A DNA stretch of 64,000 nt from Phaeosaccion multiseriatum (lineage: Eukaryota; Protista; Ochrophyta, other classes): assembly GCA_965112735.1 (NCBI GenBank), contig OZ218959.1, positions 1,550,001 through 1,614,000 on the forward strand, written 5' to 3'. A model generated the notes under the pieces. That model was not told where the DNA came from. It saw only the letters and a program-made list of their open reading frames with translations, and ran no database searches. The position numbers and the translations under genes were made by a program. Positions 51,284 through 64,000 of this stretch are shown piece after piece (the stretch's first letter is position 1; every line of letters starts with the position of its first letter).

Positions 51284-52273
51284 ATGGCTGGCCCCCAAAG
51301 GATGGGTAACGACCCGATCTTAATCGGGGGAGAGTCTCAGGCGCTCTGGCTTTGCGCGGGGATCATTCTGGGGACGTACGTCCTCCTGACGCTCACATGC
51401 TATGGGACGCTCAACTTTAGAAGGGTGAGTGAATGAGCTGGACATGCATTGCACTCTGCAACAAGGCACTAAGCAGAAGTACAGTCGGCTGGCGGTGCTT
51501 GATTTGCCTCAGGAGGTTCTTGTTGGAGTTGCATGCTCACTTTTGCAGGGGGTATAGCAGGGCAGCGTAGGAGAAGCGAGGTTGGTTGGTTCACGACCAA
51601 AAGGACGTGGCCACAACCCGTGAGGGAATACGATGCTACTCTGCCTCCCTTTCGGCAATGTTGTTGCTGCTGCTGCTGCTGCTTATGTGGCCCCCCTCTC
51701 ACGTGATGCGTCCGTCTGTCCGTCTCCTCCTCATGCCAAACAGATCCTACGCGACTTCCAGACACGCAAGGGCTTGCTCAAGGACTACAATGCTTTCTAC
51801 CAGCGCAGAGAGGACGTGCTCTACCACCTTGATTGGGCCACGCAGGTGGGGGTGGAGAGTGACGGCGAAGGAAAGGGGGGAGGGACGGGAGGGGGGACAG
51901 GAGCCTCTGTTGCGAGGGCACAGCACGGGGGTGGTTGTCAGTTCCTCCTCCCCCTCGTCCTCCTCCTCCGCTTCCTCGTTTCTCATCTCATACGCTTTTC
52001 ACCCACCCACCCATGCTCTCTCCCTCCATCCCTGTGCCGTAGAGCGGCGAAGCTGGAGAGGCTGAAACGATGGAGAACAATCTGATAGAGATGGACCGCA
52101 AGCTTGATGCGGTGGAGGAGCGCCTGAGGCAGTTCGACGAAGGACGGGGAGGAGGAGGAGGAGGAGGAGGAGGAGGAGGAGGAGGAGCAGGAGCAGGAGC
52201 AGGAGGAGGAGCAGCAGCAGCAGCAGCAGCGCCAGTAGATGGCGCCACACAGGCGAAATACAAGGGAAGCTGA
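51284..52273 (+). CDS. Small hypothetical protein: N-terminal TM followed by coiled coil (multi-exon, middle exons unresolved)
   Basis: Exons 51284-51424, ~51744-51845 (ILRDFQTRK..YQRREDVLYHLDWATQ), ~52043-52273 with splice signals. Confidence 0.5.
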
Positions 52274-53346
52274 AGGAAGAATTCCTCCCTTCCACTCGTT
52301 GCGCTGCCACAAGGGATGGCCCGGGCGGGTCGGGCTGCTTGTTACTCTCCCACGAAGGAAAGAGAGAAACCTGGAGTACCGGTGTGGCACGTCAAGGGCC
52401 TTCAGTGAGGAGTGTTTCCGCGAATTCCCCCCACCCCCTCCACACACCTCACCCCCGTGATGAGAACATGGTGTGTGATGCAAGAGACAGCAGCGAGCAG
52501 CGCTTCTTGACCGTGAAGTGCCATCGCGGGAAGGATAAGGAAGTGGGGTTTCTGCGGTCCACGGTTCATTTACTGCGTCATTACCAATCATGGTATGCCT
52601 GCGCCAGTCACTCCGTGTAAGTTTCAGTTTCAGCGGTTTTTCGCTCTGCACAGCCCCGACGGCGGCAGATGAGGAGGCGCATGGGCGTTACAGAATCACA
52701 GAGGCCGGAGGGGGAAAGCCCGTGTGGTGGGTGGGTCCATCGTCATCAGCGTGGGCGTATGTGTGGAGGCCCGAATTCTCCAGTTTCCGACCAGCAGACA
52801 CTCAAAACTACAGCGGCGGTGGTGATTCGAACGACCTTCCTCATCGTCCTCCTGGAGGAAAGTGTGCTTAGTTGGAGCGTTGTTGCTCTTGCTTGGAGCT
52901 CGAGCTCGCGTGTGCGTGGCATTCGGTCGATGGACTGGGGGAAGAGGGCGAGGGGACGGGCCTCCCTCACGGCGAAGAAAGAGGGGCAATCTCGCCTCGC
53001 CTCAAATTCAAATCAGCTGTGCCCTCCCCCGCGCGGGGGGGAGAGGATGTCTTCTTATCTGACTGGTGACCTGGAGGGTAGTAGGCAGTGGCCGCTGAGG
53101 CGCCTCCATCTTCCCCCTCCACCACTCTTCAACGGCGTGTGGAATGCCGTCTGGGCGGAGTGAGCAAGTACCGTTCGAGAGTGTGGCGGAGGAGACAGTG
53201 CTGTCGCCTCGAATGAAAGCTGCGCGTGGCAGGCCCAGCATGGGCCGAGTGAAAACGGCAAATGTGCCAAAGGTGTAACACGCTTCTGAAGAGAGCAAGG
53301 AGGACATGGGAGATGGATAGATGGATGTGTGTGTTGTGTGTGCGTG

Positions 53347-53384
<38 letters not shown>

Positions 53385-53902
53385 CACGGCCTTTTGGTGA
53401 TCCATGTACACGGCCCCTCGAGGGGGGCAATACACTGCCCAGTCGGTTGAAGGTGGTGTTTGTTTGTATGTGTGTTACTCTGTCTTTTGCTCTATTTGAA
53501 GTCCATATCTATACTGTAGTGTGTGGCAAAAAAAAATGGAAAGGACCTGCAGTCTATATATCTGTTCCATCCCTTCTCTAAGTACGCCTTTCGGCCCGCA
53601 AACGCGCTTTGTAACTAAAATGACATCCTCTCGGGCGGTGTGGTGTTGCACACGTCACACCATACTTTTCGTAATCCTTCGACTCCCCCACCCCTCCTCC
53701 CCCCTCCCCGCCAATTTCTCATGACGCTCCTCCTCCTTGCCAAGCGTCCCCCGCCAGCGAGTATATTCGTTCATTCATGACACTCATCCTCCCTGCCTTA
53801 CGATGCCACATTATACTCTTGTGTGGCCGGAGGAGAAGCATGGCCTTACTGCGCAAGCCGTCGCCAGCTATCATAAGGTTGTTTGCGCAGCAGCATATCC
53901 CG

Positions 53903-55002
53903 TCAAGCAATGAAGTCAACCTCCAGGTCCTCCTCCTCCACGCCCTCCTCCACGCCCTCCTCCAGCTTCTCGATCGGGCACCGCTGCTGTATCACCAACT
54001 GCTGCTCATCCCTCAGTGCCTTCCTCTGCTCATCCCTCAGTGCCTTCCTCTGTTGCCGTTGAAATATCGCCACTACACGAATAATTTCGGCAGCGGAGAG
54101 GAACTTTCCCATCTCGCCCTGCCCCCGTCTACCCCCTTCTCCTCCCCGACCCTTCCGCCCAGCGATGGCAGCAGAGGCCGTACCTCCTTCCAAGAGCGCA
54201 CCTTCGTCGCCGTCCAAACTGACGCTGTCCCGTTCACTGCTGGAGCTTGTACTGGTGCTTCTGCTTGAGTTTGAACTACTTTCCGACCACGTTGAGGAGG
54301 AGTCCCTCCTCTTCACTGCTGACCCGGTGGCGGCTTTGCTAAGCGTACGTAACATCTGGTTGGTGACGCGGTCTACCTCCTCAGTCACGCTCGATGATCG
54401 CTTCGTGCTACGGCGATGGCGATTTTTAGAAGAGTAGCGACGAGCAATGGTGGTGTTGACAGACTCGGAACCAGGGAACGCCGTGATTGTTCGGCGGGTG
54501 CTTTCGTCTATGTCCTCTTCCTCTTCTTCTTGTCCTTCGTCGTCACCAGGGACGACTTTGCCGCGCTTGTGCTTATGTTTGTGCTTGCCCGTGACGCGAA
54601 ACTTGCGGCCAATGTTCTTGTGTCGCTTGTCCTCCCACTCCTGCACCATAAGGGCAGGTTTGGTGTGGAGGGCGAACTTCGTGAGGGCAGTCCACAGCGA
54701 CGACGCGCAGGTCCGGGCCGAACCCTCGAAGCTGACGGTGCTGCGGAGGAAGATCTGTGAGCCGCAGTCAGCGAGTGGCAATCAGGCAGAGAGAAGGAAG
54801 AGGATGAAGGAAGCAGGAAGGAAGCAAGGTTCGCAGGTAAGCGTAGCTAGTGGGTACACGGTCGAGCGAGCTACTTGTTGGGTAAGGGAGCACACAGCAA
54901 GAGCACAGGGGGGTATGTCAGGCAGGGGGTCAAGCTGACCTACGGCACACACGCGGCGCTCCCACAGTCTGCGTATAGTAATCAGAGTTACTGCTCTCGT
55001 CT

Positions 55003-55033
<31 letters not shown>

Positions 55034-57184
55034 CAGTCCAGAAGCACTTTGACGTGGTGGGAACGATGTTACTAGGAGAGTGAAAGGCACTGTGTGGGCA
55101 GTAAGAAGGGGCGACAGGAGAGAAGAGGGTATCAAGGACTCCACAACTCACCTGAATGTACTCGTACACCTCCGAAAGGAGGGTAACTTCGCTCACAGAA
55201 CGGACAGTGGCGCCAACCAAGTAGAGATTCGTCGCGCCTTCTACCCTTGTGAGAGAGGAGGATATGGTACACAGGCCCAGCAGCAGGTACCAAGCGGACA
55301 TGCCCATCTGTGGGTTTGGATCAGCGTTAGGGGCCCCGAGTAGAGAGCAAGCAAAGGGGGCGAAGCGTGGAGGCAAAGCAGGCAGGAGGTGAGCGTCACG
55401 GAAGGCACCAGAGGGCGGAGCAGAACCCCTCGCAGATTGTAGGCCGGACAGAAGAATGTATTAGGAAGAGCAGTGTGGTGTGGTATGGCGTCACTGCTTG
55501 GCTGTGTGAGGAAGAAGAAGAAGAAGAAGAAGAAGAAGAAGAAGAAGAAGAAGAAGAAGAAGAAGAAGAAGAAGAAGAAGAAGAAGAAGAAGAAGAAGAA
55601 GAAGAAGAAGAAGAAGAAGAAGAAGAAGAAGAAGAAGAAGAGCGGGCTAGAGTGACTTACTTTATCGGCAGCCGCTTTGACGGACACACGCGTCTGTTCC
55701 ACCTTGTCGCTCGCTTGATGCGCTCCCTCCGACGAAAGCTTCTTGATGAGCTTGTTGGAGCCGAGCATGCTCATGAGGAGGATACTTGCCACGCCAAACA
55801 TGTGCAAGAGGCGAATGATGCGGCGCTGGTCGAGTAAGACGTTGCTGAGCAAGGCGGAGAGGAGTCCTAGCACACCGAAGTTGACTACCCTCTTGGATCG
55901 TCGCAGCTGCTGCTTCATCTTGCTTCGCGCTGATGTTGCATTGGCAAGATCGATCCAAACTGTGTGGTATGGTGTGTGGAGAGGAAATGTGTGTACGGGG
56001 CAGGAGGGGAAAAGGTGAGAAAGGTGGGTGCGTATCTGCAGAGGTGGAAGACAGCAGCCCACAACAAACCGAGGGAGGGACGCAGAGGGAAACTGAGAGC
56101 GGGCGTCTTTCGGGTGGGGGGATGGAGAGAGCCAAAGGACCACCACACAACAACAGAGCACAACCCCATGAGAGCGAGCGAGCGAACGAGGCCCGGAGGG
56201 GTTCACTGGTGGAGCAAGCCATGGCAGAAGAGAAAGAAGAGGGGTTGGGTCTAGGGTGGAGCGAGGGAAGAGGGACAAGACGAAGTTAGCCCGGTGCTGC
56301 GCTTACTCACCCGTAAAGACAGTGGCAGGGGGCAGCAGCCCTGCCGCAAAAGCGAAGGATTCGAGGTAGAGGACTAACCGCTCGTGCATACCGAACTTGA
56401 TGAGTTTCAATGCCGAACATGTCTCAAAGAGATCTGCAGTGAGAGGTGGTGGTGGTGGTGGTGGTGGTGGTGGTGGTGGTGGTGGTGGTGGTGGTCGGGT
56501 GGGGACTATTTTTAGAGGAGAGAGACCGCACTCCCTCAACTGGTGGGTGAGAGACTGGACCAATGGCAAGCAGGCAAAGGGCGATTCTCGACAGGCAAGG
56601 CAAGGCATCCAGCGGGGGTTGGTTAGTGCAGTGAGGACGAGAGGAGAGAGTAAGCGTGTACGAAAGCCTATGAATCGGAGCAAACTTACAGAAGAACGCC
56701 TGCAGAGTGCTCGACAGGAGGATGAAAAGGACCGTCCGCTTCACCGCTGGTGCAATCACTCGCCCGGGTGGCTTGGATAGATTCCAGATGCTTATGGAGC
56801 AAGAGGTTAAGATCAATATGCACCTCAACGCTGCCACGCCCAAAACGAAGGCCAAAAAATTGCCTTGATAGGACCTACTGCTGGAGCAATCGTCGCCCCC
56901 CGGCCCGTACCCGATGAAGCAGGAGCATGTATTGGCTTCATTGAGGTGGGCAGGCGCATAGAGCAACGAGGATGGAGGCGGAAGGCAGACAGACAAGAGA
57001 GCGTGAGGAGAGAGGGTGGCCAACATAGGAGGGTCCGTACGAGGTACAATAGCGAGTTAGTTGCAGAGAGAGGATGTTGCGAGAGAGGACCCTGGGAAGT
57101 CCGGGGGGTACCTGATGTATCACACGTGTAGTTGTTCGGACAGAGGTCGTCTGCGCTTGCACAAGTGTGGTCCACAAACGTCAT
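53903..57184 (-). CDS. Cys-rich (EGF-like) + ~7 TM receptor-like protein, paralogue B
   Basis: Exons ~57184-57112, 56935-56690, 56433-56311, 55959-55661, 55307-55152, 54754-53903; shares IAP.VKRT, LLPPATVFTVWIDLANAT..RS.MK.QLRRSK, GSNKL.KKL, LTRV.GA.N.Y, YIQIFL.S, RHK.IGR with 20031-23331. Confidence 0.82.
55510..55640. repeat. (GAA)n intronic triplet repeat
   Basis: Seen directly. Confidence 0.95.
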
Positions 57185-57503
57185 GGTCGCTGCCGCCTCA
57201 CATCAAGCATCCCCCTCCACCTTGCTGCTGAGAGAGGTTGCGAGGAAGTGCGTAACACGTCTCACGGACGCGGCTGGAGTTTCTACAGTAGGTACGGAGC
57301 GACACCCCGATCGGTGTTAAGAAGATCACAGAAGGCGTTTTGGCGTTTCAAGAAAATTTCTGAAGGGGACGGGCAAAAACCCTTTTTTTGCCCTACAACA
57401 AGAGAGAGGGTTGGGGGCCTTGGGGTAGCAGCAGCACCAGCACAAGGAATAGCAAAAGGAAGGAATGTGAAGAAGACAGGAGGCATACTTCTCGGAAGGC
57501 AAA

Positions 57504-61744
<4,241 letters not shown>

Positions 61745-62365
61745 AGTATTTTTTGTTCTTTAAAAACATGGTTTGATGGTCACTGTATGACATACACGGT
61801 TTACTCGGCCTCGAGACGGAGGCGAGCGGTCTCTGGTTCTCAGTCCCTGGACTCCCACCGCCTCCTCTCCTGCTCTCGTTTCAAGTCGCCTCTCGGTCGA
61901 ACCAGGCCCTCCAGACCGCGCTTGCTGCCGCTGCTGTATCACCAACTGCCGCTGCTGCAGCGTCTACGTCACAAATATATACATGCACCGTCGTGCACAA
62001 CCCAACCCACGGCGAGGGCCCATCAGTCGAGATAACACACACCGCTGTGAGAGCAGTGTGGGCCCGTTGCGCGACGACCGGCCAGGGGGACGGAGCTTCC
62101 ACCCCCAAGGAGAGACGAGAGTCAGTCACACCAATGTACGTTGGTTGTACGGTACGGCACTCTCTCCCCTGTACACTCCAAAATCCCCTCCAACATATAA
62201 TTTTGAGTGGTGGTGGCGCGACACGCCCTCCACCTCAAGCCCCGTCCATCCATTGCCATCCATCCGTCTGTGGTGTAACTGCCTGTAACTGCCCCCCCCC
62301 TCCCCCCACTCTGACGCCTCCTGTGTTTGACTAAAAGCGATCACCGCCCCGCCCGCTAACGATAA

Positions 62366-63705
<1,340 letters not shown>

Positions 63706-64000
63706 CTTGGTTGTGAGATATGTAATTAAGAGGTTGAGGGCAAGGTCCTGGATGTAGAGTGAGGGCAGAACACTCACAAAACCCCCGGGGGGCTTGCAAA
63801 AGTATAGGAAACATTACCCAAGGGGGCTTTTCCCGTTGGGGATTTGTTCGTCGGGAGAAACAAAAACTCGTCTTTGGGTACGCTTTTGTTGATGGAGAGA
63901 GGTAGAGGAGGGGAGAAAGAGAAGGCGACACTGTGAAAGGAAGAGAGATTGGAGGAGAGGGCCCCTACGACTGAAGGAGCGGCGAAGGAGCGCCGCGAGA

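Overview
Eukaryotic nuclear DNA, not prokaryotic: about 17-18 intron-containing or intronless genes, with introns heavily filled by microsatellites. Gene content (bipartite-type plastid presequences, nuclear bacterial-type DnaG, axonemal and centriolar genes, an 'LRKGKWTxEEE...CDPMRVTKKF' domain, a 'QSTAIL' H3.3) points to a flagellated photosynthetic stramenopile (inference). Recognisable genes: DnaG primase, FrnE/DsbA-like oxidoreductase, CEP72-like LRR protein, UNG, COG0523/CobW GTPase, CCDC40, DUF4336 protein and an H3.3-type histone. Most genes lie in tight head-to-head pairs. The most notable unexplained signals are four. (1) A dispersed 15-bp motif (CAG)CAGTTGGTGATA(CAG), with 10 exact copies of its 12-bp core in exons (read in several frames), introns and intergenic DNA. 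(2) Two inverted paralogues of a Cys-rich/EGF-like 7TM receptor-like family with shared intron positions. (3) A family of tiny MITE-like elements ending in CCCTRACAY, two of which flank an intronless putative transcription-factor gene. (4) A 740-bp TCAGGG/TTAGGG telomere-like array inside a CCDC40 intron. All exon structures were assembled by eye and are approximate.
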